In this document: piece after piece, positions 19,921 through 28,341 of the stretch
Position numbering within the stretch: the first letter of the stretch is position 1
How the letters are laid out: each line of letters starts with the position of its first letter
Source of the DNA: Actinomycetota bacterium
GTDB lineage: Bacteria; Actinomycetota; Coriobacteriia; Anaerosomatales; UBA912
Direction of reading: 5' to 3'
Assembly: GCA_023488435.1 (NCBI GenBank)
Contig: JAMDCK010000022.1
Location: 23,551-87,550, forward strand
DNA length: 64,000 nucleotides
Notes under the pieces: generated by a model
Databases searched by the model: none
What the model was told of the DNA's origin: nothing
Seen by the model: only the letters and a program-made list of their open reading frames with translations
Position numbers and translations under genes: made by a program

Positions 19921-20506
19921 CTAAGAGCAGAGCATGCGCCTCGCCTGCTGCAAGCTCCATGACCGAACCAAGCACCCGCGCTCCGACGCCTTGCCTCTCA
20001 GCAACGTCAACGGAATCACCCGTGGCTACACCTGCTCCAACAGCGGCTCCCCCACCTTCGCTAGAATCAGCGACACTTTCGAGGCTGGCGAGGTACGTGG
20101 GGCAATCCGGAAGCGGCATTGCAAAGAAGCTGACTTCTTCGGCGCGGATCATGTTCATTGAGCCGACGGCTATCGACTCGATCCTCGATGGTGATACAAG
20201 GCTCGATCTTAGCAACTCGAGTGCCTCGGTCTCTATCTGCTCCTCACGGATCGCTGCCGAAAGGCGTGCAGTCTCAAACGTCACCTCGGCGGCCTTTGCC
20301 ATTATTGTAATCCGCCCAACACCGAGTATCGCCACAATCACCATGAATGCCGAGACGATGATGAACAGGTCACGATTTCGCCTGTCGGCTTCGCGGCGTG
20401 CCGCTACGGTGCGTCGAGTCGATCGGTCACTGGGAACAACGCGCAAGCGAGGCTTCGGCGATGCTTTGGGCCGGTCATTCGCTAGTTGTCTTGCCGCCAG
20501 TCCCAT
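19892..20506 (-). CDS. FtsL-like bitopic division protein (positional call)
   Basis: Start refined to the ATG at 20506 (MGLAARQL...), downstream of the rsmH stop. Basic N-tail, one TM (LFIIVSAFMVIVAILGV), then a coiled-coil-like segment. Occupies the ftsL slot between rsmH and ftsI. No sequence-level family match is claimed. Confidence 0.55.
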   Translation of the reverse strand: MGLAARQLANDRPKASPKPRLRVVPSDRSTRRTVAARREADRRNRDLFIIVSAFMVIVAILGVGRITIMAKAAEVTFETARLSAAIREEQIETEALELLRSSLVSPSRIESIAVGSMNMIRAEEVSFFAMPLPDCPTYLASLESVADSSEGGGAAVGAGVATGDSVDVAERQGVGARVLGSVMELAAGEAHALLLGDVGLVSMR

Positions 20507-20537
20507 CGTCTCCGGTCTCTCTCGCTTAAAGGCTTCC

Positions 20538-21503
20538 CTATCGGCTATCGCCGCCTGTAGGGTCCGCCAACTTCTGGGCCACCCGCATCCGCGCTGAGCG
20601 CGCACGCGGGTTCGATTCAATCTCATCTCGGCCGGGTACTATCGGCCGCTTGGTCAAGACTCGGAGTATCGGCAACTTCTGACACGCGCAGATGGGGAGC
20701 CCTTGCGGGCACTCACATGCGCTTTCTCCCTCGTTGAACAGTTGTTTCACTATCCTGTCCTCAAGCGAGTGGTAGCTGATCACCGCGATCCTTCCGTTGG
20801 GTGAGAGCCACTTCACTGCGGCTGATAAGGCGGTTTCGAGCACCTTGAGCTCGGAGTTCACTTCGATGCGAAGCGCCTGGAAGGTCCGTTTAGCGGGGTG
20901 ACCTCCTGCTCTACGCGCCGAAGCTGGTATCGCCGCCTTGATCACGTCCACCAACTCTCCGGTCGTCGTCACGGGGCGGCGGGCTCGCGCGGCTACTATG
21001 AATGCTGCGATTCGCAAAGCCCACCTTTCTTCCCCGTAGTCCCGGATAATGCGGGCCAACTGTGATTCGGAGTACGTATTGACTATCTCCGCTGCTGTGA
21101 CAGGCCCGCAATGATCCATCCGCATATCCAGTGGAGCATCCTCTTGATAAGTGAATCCGCGCTCAACGATGTCGAGTTGCGGTGAGGATACTCCGAGGTC
21201 GAAGAGGAATCCGTCGACCCAGGGGATCTGTGCTTCGACGAGCAAACGATCGAGTTCGCCGAAGTTCCCCTTGAGTAAAACTACCTGCTGGCCGAGGCAG
21301 AGTACGTCTGCTGCTGCTTTTAGTGCTGCCTCGTCCTGGTCTATGCCCACGAGAATCCCTGTGGGAGCTATCAACTCTGCTATCCGCTTCGCGTGTCCTG
21401 CCCCGCCTAGGGTGCAATCGACTACGATCGAACCGGGTTGCAACGATAACTGCTGCGTGACCTCGGCCAGCAAAACTGGGGTGTGCCGATATTCCATTGT
21501 CAA
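20538..21503 (-). CDS. rsmH: 16S rRNA (cytosine1402-N4)-methyltransferase
   Basis: HTPVLL, DCTLGGAGH and SFHSLEDR-like (SYHSLEDR) motifs. Confidence 0.95.
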   Translation of the reverse strand: MTMEYRHTPVLLAEVTQQLSLQPGSIVVDCTLGGAGHAKRIAELIAPTGILVGIDQDEAALKAAADVLCLGQQVVLLKGNFGELDRLLVEAQIPWVDGFLFDLGVSSPQLDIVERGFTYQEDAPLDMRMDHCGPVTAAEIVNTYSESQLARIIRDYGEERWALRIAAFIVAARARRPVTTTGELVDVIKAAIPASARRAGGHPAKRTFQALRIEVNSELKVLETALSAAVKWLSPNGRIAVISYHSLEDRIVKQLFNEGESACECPQGLPICACQKLPILRVLTKRPIVPGRDEIESNPRARSARMRVAQKLADPTGGDSR

Positions 21504-21507
21504 GTCC

Positions 21508-21939
21508 TCAGAGCAAGCCTGCGTCGGCGAGCTCCTGGGCGAGATCCTCGATGTTCTCGCCGCCTTCGCTGTACTGACTCCAGACCTCGGAGTCCCAAAG
21601 TTCGATCCTGTTGCCGTTCCCAGTGACTGCGACGTCCTTGGAAAGGCCCGCCCATGCCCGCAGGTTCGCAGGCAATCCGATGCGTCCTGCCGAATCGAGT
21701 TCCACCTCGACAGCTCCGGCGGTGAAGAACCTCCTCACCTTGCGCACCCTGGGCTCGAAATCCTCCTTCGCGATGAGATCTGATACGAAGCGCACATACT
21801 CATCGGCTGGATAGACGTACAGGCATTTGTCCAGACCCTTCGCAACGACGAGCTTGCCTGTCATTGCAATCCGGAAACGCGCGGGCAGGGAAACGCGTCC
21901 TTTGGAGTCCAGCGTATGCTGGTGATCACCTAAGAACAT
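21508..21939 (-). CDS. mraZ: Transcriptional regulator MraZ
   Basis: True start is the ATG at 21939 (MFLGDHQHTLDSKGRVSLPARFR), with two SpoVT/AbrB-like repeats (second: DSAGRIGLPANLR). The 227-aa track ORF is an upstream read-through artefact. Confidence 0.9.
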   Translation of the reverse strand: MFLGDHQHTLDSKGRVSLPARFRIAMTGKLVVAKGLDKCLYVYPADEYVRFVSDLIAKEDFEPRVRKVRRFFTAGAVEVELDSAGRIGLPANLRAWAGLSKDVAVTGNGNRIELWDSEVWSQYSEGGENIEDLAQELADAGLL

Positions 21940-22022
21940 GCCGCCTTGCACCTCTTCCGCCTTGTACTTCCCTGCCGAGGATCGCCTCGGCTGATTCCAT
22001 GCACTGAACTGTATACCACTGA

Positions 22023-22081
22023 ATCCCACTTTGCAACACCTAGATGGGAAATCATCCCACCAAGCCGCTACCGAATCCCAC
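22023..22081 (-). promoter_or_regulatory. Three direct GTGGGAT repeats = candidate MraZ operator overlapping a TTGCAA -35-like hexamer
   Basis: Plus-strand ATCCCAC occurs at 22023-22029, 22054-22060 and 22075-22081, spaced 31 and 21 bp (about 3 and 2 helical turns), 85-140 nt upstream of mraZ. Confidence 0.5.
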
Positions 22082-22230
22082 GGGTAGCCACTTGCGCACA
22101 CCGCAAGGATCCCGGGGTTCTGGAATTCCCAACTGCGAAGAACTCGATGGCGGATTGGTGCGTCATAGAGGCAGCAGGAAAGCGAGGCCACCTTGACAGC
22201 GACATACTCTGAATAAGATGGCTGGGCATA

Positions 22231-22259
22231 TTGCCGCCGTCGAGACGTGAGAGTACAAT
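22231..22259 (+). promoter_or_regulatory. Candidate sigma-70-type promoter TTGCCG-17-TACAAT for the 48-codon ORF
   Basis: TTGCCG at 22231-22236, an exact 17-nt spacer, TACAAT at 22254-22259. The ORF starts 40 nt downstream. Confidence 0.4.
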
Positions 22260-22298
22260 CGGGATGGATGACAACCCATGCGTGGAGGTGACGTCTAA

Positions 22299-22445
22299 AT
22301 GATAGCTGCTCTTTTTGGAGCGAACATCCCGGGGACCATGTGGATCACCATGTGGTGGGCTTACTTCATCGTTGTTGCTATGGGCATCGCCCTCGCCGTA
22401 TACGCGGCCATCGAGATGAAGAAGCACGAAGACAGGTCTGAGTAA
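22299..22445 (+). CDS. Unannotated small membrane protein, 48 aa
   Basis: ATG at 22299 is preceded by GGAGGTG (22284-22290). Translation: MIAALFGANIPGTMWITMWWAYFIVVAMGIALAVYAAIEMKKHEDRSE, then TAA at 22443-22445. One clear TM helix with a charged tail. Below the 60-aa cut-off of the ORF track. Confidence 0.55.
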   Translation: MIAALFGANIPGTMWITMWWAYFIVVAMGIALAVYAAIEMKKHEDRSE

Positions 22446-22477
22446 CTCTCACAACAGATTTCGCTGCTAAGTGTCCG

Positions 22478-22512
22478 ACGCCCTCTCTCCTGCCATGCCG
22501 GGTAGAGGGCGT
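22478..22512 (+). terminator. Hairpin downstream of the 48-codon ORF
   Basis: ACGCCCTCT (22478-22486) pairs perfectly with AGAGGGCGT (22504-22512). The loop is 17 nt and no clear U-tract follows. Confidence 0.3.
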
Positions 22513-22558
22513 TAGCATTGAGAAGCGTACTTTTGTCCCGCGAAGAGAGGAGACGACC

Positions 22559-23599
22559 ATGGTGCGCATCCGATCGTCACTTACTGGATCTTGGGCTGCC
22601 AAGGCCCTGGTGCTCATATTGTTGTTGTCGCTAGCACTATCGGTAGCAGGGTGTGCCGCCACCCAAACCTACGACATGGCGAAAGAGGATCCATACAGCG
22701 GCGGCGCATCGGCGCCCATGGTTGAGCCCCAACCTCCTGTAGACGGAAGCACCGCGCTACAGGGTGAGATGGCGGCCCCTGGCGTCACTGAGGATCGCGC
22801 TGCTATCGGCATCGTGCCACCGCCGGGTGCCGGACCTGACGCCACGGGCATCCCACCTGAGGATCGCCTGATCGTCAGGCGTGTCGACATGCGCCTCGGG
22901 GTCGAATCGATTGAGGACGCTGTCGATTCGATCCGAGCAGCGGTCGAGAAGCAAAAAGGTGTGGTAATCGACCTCAACGTCAGCACCGATGAGGATCAGC
23001 CCGTTTGGCGTTACTCGGAGATGATGGCGCTCGAGCAGATTCCGTTGTCCGGATACGTCACGGTTCGCATTCCGGCCGACGGTCTCGAGGCTTTCCTCAC
23101 AGAGATGGCCGCGGTCGGCAATGTACTGCGCGAAGTCGAGAGTCAATCGGATGTCACCCAGGAACACGTGGACCTCAGTGCCCGCCTAAAGAACCTGCAG
23201 GCCACCGAAGCTCAGCTACGTGAATTCATGACCAAGGCCAAGAATGTCACCGAGATGCTCGCTGTCGAGAAGGAGCTGTCGCGGGTTCGTGGTGAGATCG
23301 AGTCTATGCAGGCGCAGATCGCTTACCTCGAGCGCCAGGCCGCACACTCGACAGTAACCATTGAGCTTACCGGTCCCAAGCCAGTCGTACGTCCGGTCGG
23401 CCAGGATTGGGGCTTCGTTACAGCCCTTACCGAGTCAGTCAGAGCTTTCGTCGGCACCATCAACATGATTATTGTTGGAATCGGCGCAGTTGGCCCAATC
23501 GTCGTCATCATGCTGCTAGCCTGGCTGATTGCGCGACCGATCATCAACCGCAGGCGCGCGAAGCGATCCGCCGATGACGCCGAGGTGGATGCCTCTTGA
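22559..23599 (+). CDS. DUF4349-type lipoprotein with C-terminal membrane anchor
   Basis: Lipobox LSVAGC, a central coiled coil (DLSARLKNLQATEAQLREFM...ELSRVRGEIESMQAQIAYLERQ), and a C-terminal TM. The pattern matches my recollection of DUF4349. Confidence 0.8.
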   Translation: MVRIRSSLTGSWAAKALVLILLLSLALSVAGCAATQTYDMAKEDPYSGGASAPMVEPQPPVDGSTALQGEMAAPGVTEDRAAIGIVPPPGAGPDATGIPPEDRLIVRRVDMRLGVESIEDAVDSIRAAVEKQKGVVIDLNVSTDEDQPVWRYSEMMALEQIPLSGYVTVRIPADGLEAFLTEMAAVGNVLREVESQSDVTQEHVDLSARLKNLQATEAQLREFMTKAKNVTEMLAVEKELSRVRGEIESMQAQIAYLERQAAHSTVTIELTGPKPVVRPVGQDWGFVTALTESVRAFVGTINMIIVGIGAVGPIVVIMLLAWLIARPIINRRRAKRSADDAEVDAS

Positions 23600-23865
23600 G
23601 TCTGCTTAGGCCCAGGCTGAAGCTACCTATATGGGCGGCGATTGTCATACCGATCGTCGCCTATACGCTCCGCTCGATTGATAGAGGGTTCGATTTCTCG
23701 CTCGACCTACCTGATGACCTGATCGCCATCGCGGTGTGGGTCATTGGCGTCAGTCTCGTGTGGGTGATGCGGCGCACTTCCTCGGCGCCTGAAGAGGTGA
23801 CGGACTCCATGGATCGCCATGACCAGGGCGAAAACTCCGCCCCCGGCGATACCCGGCAAAAGTAG
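23596..23865 (+). CDS. Hypothetical two-TM membrane protein
   Basis: TTG start overlaps the DUF4349 stop (TTGA). Two hydrophobic helices (LPIWAAIVIPIVAYTL, LIAIAVWVIGVSLVWVM). The 3' 159 nt overlap a convergent ORF. Confidence 0.5.
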   Translation: MSLLRPRLKLPIWAAIVIPIVAYTLRSIDRGFDFSLDLPDDLIAIAVWVIGVSLVWVMRRTSSAPEEVTDSMDRHDQGENSAPGDTRQK

Positions 23866-24024
23866 AACGTCGTCGACCAGATTGAGTGCTTCTACCCCGG
23901 GTGCGCCTGCACCGGAGATCACCGTCAGCCACCCGCCGACGGCCACTCCACACGCGAACCCGAATCCCCATGTAATCGCGGAAAACAGCGCTTGCCGAAG
24001 GGGCCCTGCGCCGCTCGCCCTCAT
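23707..24024 (-). CDS. Hypothetical Gly-rich membrane protein (GlsB/YeaQ-like look)
   Basis: ATG overlaps the xerD stop (ATGA at 24021-24024). N-terminal 70 aa are hydrophobic and Gly-rich (FSAITWGFGFACGVAVGGWLTVISG...). The tail overlaps the plus-strand ORF. Confidence 0.45.
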   Translation of the reverse strand: MRASGAGPLRQALFSAITWGFGFACGVAVGGWLTVISGAGAPGVEALNLVDDVLLLPGIAGGGVFALVMAIHGVRHLFRRRGSAPHHPHETDANDPHRDGDQVIR

Positions 24025-25016
24025 GCTCCCGCCCCCCTCGGCGACGAAGACGGCTCGCGGCGCAAAAGTCGGGCTCGCGGATGCGTCGAGAGGTACTCCT
24101 CACGGATGTGTCTCCTGTCGACATGCGTGTAGACCTGGGTCGTCGTGATGTCCACATGCCCGAGTAGCTCCTGCAGGACTCTCAAGTCCGCGCCGCCTCC
24201 AAGCATGTGCGTTGCGTAGGAGTGCCGAAGTGTGTGCGGGTGCAGGTTGTCCAACCCTATGGCCCTACCGTACCGCTTCACGATCGCGAATACTGACTGC
24301 CGAGAAATCCGTCCGCCTCGGAAGTTGAGGAACGCCGCATCAGTGGTCCGCAGCGAGCCAGCCTTCCCCGACAGCAGGAGGCGCCCGTGGGACAGATACT
24401 CCTCGAGCGCCCGAGCAGCCGCACCGCCGAGAGGGACATCCCGCTCCTTGGAGTTCTTGCCGAAGACCCGCATGAATCCTTCGGTCAAGTCGATCGCGGA
24501 CATGTCCAGGCCGACAAGCTCGCTGACGCGGATTCCGCAGCCGTAAAGGACCTCAAGGATGGCGCGGTCTCGTCGACCGCGAGCATCAAGCGGGAATGGC
24601 TGCGAGAGTAGCTGCTCCGCCTGTTCGATGCTGATGACATCGGGCAACTTCTGAGGGACCTTGGGCAACGGGATCGCCTCGGTAGGGCAGTTCTTGGTGA
24701 TGCCCTCGCGCACGAGGAACCTGTGGAAGCTCTTGATCGCCGCCATCTGGCGCTCGATGGTGCTGGGCGCATACCCGCAAGCTCGGAGCTCACGAAGATA
24801 CGCAAGCGTGTCGTCGGCGGTCACCGCATCGACCTCAGGAGCTGAGCGCGCGCTGAGAAACTCAAGGTAGCGGGCGACATCTCGGCGATATGCATCCAAG
24901 GTATGCCGAGACGCGCCGCGCTCTACCGCAAGATATGCGATGAACTCATCAGCTTGCTGTTGCACTCCCGACCATCTCCGAAAGAGGGGTGAACTCCAGT
25001 CCATGCGCCTGGGCAA
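24021..25016 (-). CDS. xerD: Tyrosine site-specific recombinase XerD/XerC (chromosome dimer resolution)
   Basis: N-terminal SAM-like domain ([23 protein letters not shown]), catalytic R..HxxR..Y ([28 protein letters not shown]). Same neighbourhood as mycobacterial xerD. Confidence 0.85.
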   Translation of the reverse strand: MPRRMDWSSPLFRRWSGVQQQADEFIAYLAVERGASRHTLDAYRRDVARYLEFLSARSAPEVDAVTADDTLAYLRELRACGYAPSTIERQMAAIKSFHRFLVREGITKNCPTEAIPLPKVPQKLPDVISIEQAEQLLSQPFPLDARGRRDRAILEVLYGCGIRVSELVGLDMSAIDLTEGFMRVFGKNSKERDVPLGGAAARALEEYLSHGRLLLSGKAGSLRTTDAAFLNFRGGRISRQSVFAIVKRYGRAIGLDNLHPHTLRHSYATHMLGGGADLRVLQELLGHVDITTTQVYTHVDRRHIREEYLSTHPRARLLRREPSSSPRGAGA

Positions 25017-26079
25017 CTGGCTCGTAGGTCACGGCGCCGTCGATGATGTTGACGCCCTTGGCGAGCGACGCGTCATCGAGCACGGCCTGTTTCCATCCCT
25101 TGTTGGCGATCGCAAGACCCTGACGCAGCGTGGCGTTGGTCAGGCCGAGCGTGGAGGTGTGAGGCACTGCGCCGGGCATGTTGGCAACGCCGTAGTGCAG
25201 GACGCCGTCGACCACGAAGGTGGGGTCGGCGTGTGTGGTGGGCTTGGTAGTCTCGATGCATCCACCCTGATCGACCGAGACATCGACGATGACGGCTCCG
25301 GTCCGCATGGTCGAGAGCATGTCGCGCGTCACGAGGAACGGCGTCTTGGCACCGACCAACAAGACCGCGCCAATCACGAGGTCGGCCTCGCCTATGACCT
25401 GCGATACGTTGAGCTTGCTCGAGAACATCGTCCGGACACGGTTGCCCCAGATCTCATCGAGATAGCGAAGGCGATCTAGGTTGACGTCCATGATGGTGAC
25501 ATCGGCGCCCATTCCCATCGCGACATAAGCTGCGTTCGTTCCCACAACACCGCCACCAAGCACGACCACCTTGGCGGGCAGCACACCGGGGATGCCTCCC
25601 ATTAGTACTCCCCTGCCACCATTGGGCTTCTGGAGGTACGCTGCTCCGACTTGCGCAGCCATGCGTCCTGCGACCTCTGACATCGGGGCGAGAAGCGGCA
25701 GCGAGCGATTGGGGAGCTCGACTGTCTCGTACGCTATGCACACGGCCTTGGATTTGATCAGTCCTGCGGTCTGAGGAAGATCCGGAGCTAGGTGCAGGAA
25801 GGTATAGAGTATCTGACCCGGCCGAAGCTTCTCGATCTCCTCGGCTTGGGGCTCTTTGACCTTGACGATCATGTCGGCGCGAGCAAAGACCTCGTCGGCC
25901 GATGGGACCATCTGCGCCCCGGCTGCGGAGTACTCAGTGTCGCCGAAAGTCGATCCGACGCCTGCGCCCGCCTCAACCAGCACACTATGCCCGTGCGCCA
26001 CGAATTCGGCTACGGCGCCGGGGGTCAGTCCGACCCTGAACTCGTTGTTTTTGATCTCCTTGGGGACTCCAACTATCAC
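24949..26079 (-). CDS. ald: Alanine dehydrogenase
   Basis: [21 protein letters not shown]-terminus, NAD motif VLGGGVVG, 376 aa. Confidence 0.93.
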   Translation of the reverse strand: MIVGVPKEIKNNEFRVGLTPGAVAEFVAHGHSVLVEAGAGVGSTFGDTEYSAAGAQMVPSADEVFARADMIVKVKEPQAEEIEKLRPGQILYTFLHLAPDLPQTAGLIKSKAVCIAYETVELPNRSLPLLAPMSEVAGRMAAQVGAAYLQKPNGGRGVLMGGIPGVLPAKVVVLGGGVVGTNAAYVAMGMGADVTIMDVNLDRLRYLDEIWGNRVRTMFSSKLNVSQVIGEADLVIGAVLLVGAKTPFLVTRDMLSTMRTGAVIVDVSVDQGGCIETTKPTTHADPTFVVDGVLHYGVANMPGAVPHTSTLGLTNATLRQGLAIANKGWKQAVLDDASLAKGVNIIDGAVTYEPVAQAHGLEFTPLSEMVGSATAS

Positions 26080-26118
26080 TTCCGTGCCTCCCTGTCCTTA
26101 TGCGGATGCGCGCCGACC

Positions 26119-27222
26119 TCAAGCAAACGTTGTGGCATCGACACCCTTGCCAATCACAAAATCAGCGCACGCAGCTCCAGCTGCGAACGCTGCTAAGAAG
26201 AACGTTGGGTCGTCCTCGATTCCGCGACCCATCGACCTGACTTCCACGCCATGCATCGGAACTTCTGCAGATCCTCGTGCATCGTACCTTACATGCCTGT
26301 CCCACACACCCGCTCGCACGAGCGCATCCTCGACACGCGCACTCTCGTCCTCGGGAAGCGCCGGAACCGGCACGACCGCTCGGGCCAGTGCGACCGCCGA
26401 GAGCGCAGTGAGCGTATGGTGGCTCACGCCACGGTGACGCTCGCGCTTATCTGCAAAAGATAGCCGCAGGACGGCGACCGGTCGGCCTTTGAGCACAGCA
26501 ACGGCATTGATGGCCTCACCCTGGGCGACACCTCCGTGCCCGAACGGGGTGGCGGTTCCCACAACTCCGGGCCCGATGCCGACAATCGCGATATCAGCGC
26601 TGCACACGTGCCGAGCGGCAAGCAGGGCCGAGTACAGGTTGACCGACTCGACACCGCCGCCGAATGCTTGCCCGCAGGTCACGGTCGCATCGATCAAACC
26701 TGCCGAGACGGAAGCGTCCATCACCTTGGATAGCGCTAGGGGCAAGGCCGCCTGGTCGGTCATCACGTAGCAGATCCGCAGTGTAGGGTCCGCTGCTTTG
26801 ATCGCAGCAGCCACTAGCGGGACCTGACTGTGGAGGCCACAGCAAGCGACCGGCATCCCACCCACATCGGTCGCGGACGCCATGATCGGATGATGAGGGC
26901 TCGCTGGCTCCTCGGCGGCAAGTACATCGTGCTGTAGCGGGGTATATCGCAGCTTGATGATGTGTCCGCCCGAATCGTCGGCATGAGCGACGCCTGTGGT
27001 CGTAGAGCCGCGCGCCACGACGAAGTGGTCGCCGGCGGTACCGAGTTCGAGATCCTCGGCGATGGTGTTGAGCAGCACTCTCTCCCCTGCCTCGCAACCG
27101 CCCGTCAGGCGCGGATAGCAGATTGCCCGACCCGTCGCGCCTGAGTCCAGCTCCACGCCCAGCCGCTCAATCGACGCCGAGCTGCTCCTGACGTCTGTGA
27201 CTCGACCCCACTCAAGGCGCAT
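26119..27222 (-). CDS. Conserved hypothetical protein (DUF3866-like by recollection)
   Basis: 367-aa ORF with good coding look. The family name is from memory of the N-terminal pattern only and has not been verified. Confidence 0.6.
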   Translation of the reverse strand: MRLEWGRVTDVRSSSASIERLGVELDSGATGRAICYPRLTGGCEAGERVLLNTIAEDLELGTAGDHFVVARGSTTTGVAHADDSGGHIIKLRYTPLQHDVLAAEEPASPHHPIMASATDVGGMPVACCGLHSQVPLVAAAIKAADPTLRICYVMTDQAALPLALSKVMDASVSAGLIDATVTCGQAFGGGVESVNLYSALLAARHVCSADIAIVGIGPGVVGTATPFGHGGVAQGEAINAVAVLKGRPVAVLRLSFADKRERHRGVSHHTLTALSAVALARAVVPVPALPEDESARVEDALVRAGVWDRHVRYDARGSAEVPMHGVEVRSMGRGIEDDPTFFLAAFAAGAACADFVIGKGVDATTFA

Positions 27223-27228
27223 AACAGC

Positions 27229-28341
27229 CTAACCCTTCGCCATGCGCGCGATGACTGCCGAGACAATTTCCGCCACGCCATCGATGTCTTTGATCGCGAT
27301 GTGCTCGTCAATCGAGTGCGCATCTTGCATCCCGCAGCCCAGAACGAAGGTGGGCACGCCTGCGGCCGCAAAGATATTGCCGTCGCTGCCGCCACCGGTC
27401 ATGAAGGTCGTGGGCGTGAATCCTGCGTCCCGGCAAGCATCGCTCACTAGCTTGAGCTCGGCGGAATCATCGGCGACAACAAATCCGTCGTACTCCAGTG
27501 ACCATTCGATCTCAACGATGCCGCCGAAGGCCTCGGCTGCCTCGCGCATCGCGCGATCCATTGCAGCCCTGACCTCCTCGGCTCTGGTCCTGACAAGCGA
27601 CCTGCACTCACCGGTAACGGTAGCCAGCGCGGGGACGACGTTGGTAGCGGTTCCGCCTTCGATTGTGCCGATGTTAGCTGTGGTGTGCTCATCGATGCGC
27701 CCGAGCTGCATCACCGACACGGCCTGTGCGGCCATCTCCAGCGCCGAGCGTCCCTTCTCGGGGGCGATCCCTGCGTGTGAGGCAACACCAACGAAGCGGG
27801 CCGCAAAGGTGTGATGGGTCGGAGCTCCCACGACAATGGACCCCGGATCGCCAGCTGCGTCCAGGACCAAACATACGTCGCCATCGAAGGCGTGCGGCGG
27901 TAGCGCTTTGGCGCCAGCGAGACCCGACTCCTCGGCGGTTGTGAGGACCACTTTGAGGTTCGGTCGCTGGCCCGTTTGCCTGACAGCTCTAGCCGCAGCG
28001 ACGAGGATCGCGGTGATCCCGGCTTTGTCGTCGGCACCGAGCACGGTGGATCCTTCGGAGCGGACAATGCCATCTTCGACCACCGGGATGACGCCTGTGC
28101 AAGGGTCGACGCAATCGAGATGCGCCGAGAGGATCAGTGTCGCGTCGCACTCCACTCCGGGCAGAGTCGCAATGAGGTTGCCGGTATCCGAGCCGGTTAC
28201 GCTAGCGCTGTCATCGATCTCGACAGTGAACCCAAGCTCGGCAAGAGCCGCGGCGCACCAGGCGCAGACTTGCGACTCGCGGCGGGTCGGACTATCGATG
28301 CGCACGAGGTCGAGGAAGATGTCGAGCGAGTCACCCTTCAC
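27229..28341 (-). CDS. M20-family metallopeptidase (peptidase T-like)
   Basis: Motifs [15 protein letters not shown] and TAEESGL. Start refined to the GTG at 28341, overlapping the pyrG stop (GTGA). The track ORF's N-terminal 41 aa lie inside pyrG. Confidence 0.8.
   Translation of the reverse strand: MKGDSLDIFLDLVRIDSPTRRESQVCAWCAAALAELGFTVEIDDSASVTGSDTGNLIATLPGVECDATLILSAHLDCVDPCTGVIPVVEDGIVRSEGSTVLGADDKAGITAILVAAARAVRQTGQRPNLKVVLTTAEESGLAGAKALPPHAFDGDVCLVLDAAGDPGSIVVGAPTHHTFAARFVGVASHAGIAPEKGRSALEMAAQAVSVMQLGRIDEHTTANIGTIEGGTATNVVPALATVTGECRSLVRTRAEEVRAAMDRAMREAAEAFGGIVEIEWSLEYDGFVVADDSAELKLVSDACRDAGFTPTTFMTGGGSDGNIFAAAGVPTFVLGCGMQDAHSIDEHIAIKDIDGVAEIVSAVIARMAKG

Noticed and set aside
21940-22191. 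N-terminal extensions of track ORFs: mraZ to 22191, sepF to 2733, phoU to 4113, aroK to 52848, nadK to 41751, tlyA to 42554, nusB to 45179, dxs to 44505, steA to 38562, the 914-aa version of 30948-33692, and M20 to 28464.
   Set aside because: The conserved N-termini begin at internal starts that have Shine-Dalgarno sequences. The extensions overlap the upstream gene or regulatory DNA and look non-coding.
24021-25016. The tyrosine recombinase as a marker of a prophage or integrative element.
   Set aside because: The full XerC/D architecture, the conserved housekeeping neighbourhood (pyrG...xerD as in mycobacteria), and the absence of phage genes, tRNA or att-like repeats nearby all argue against it.
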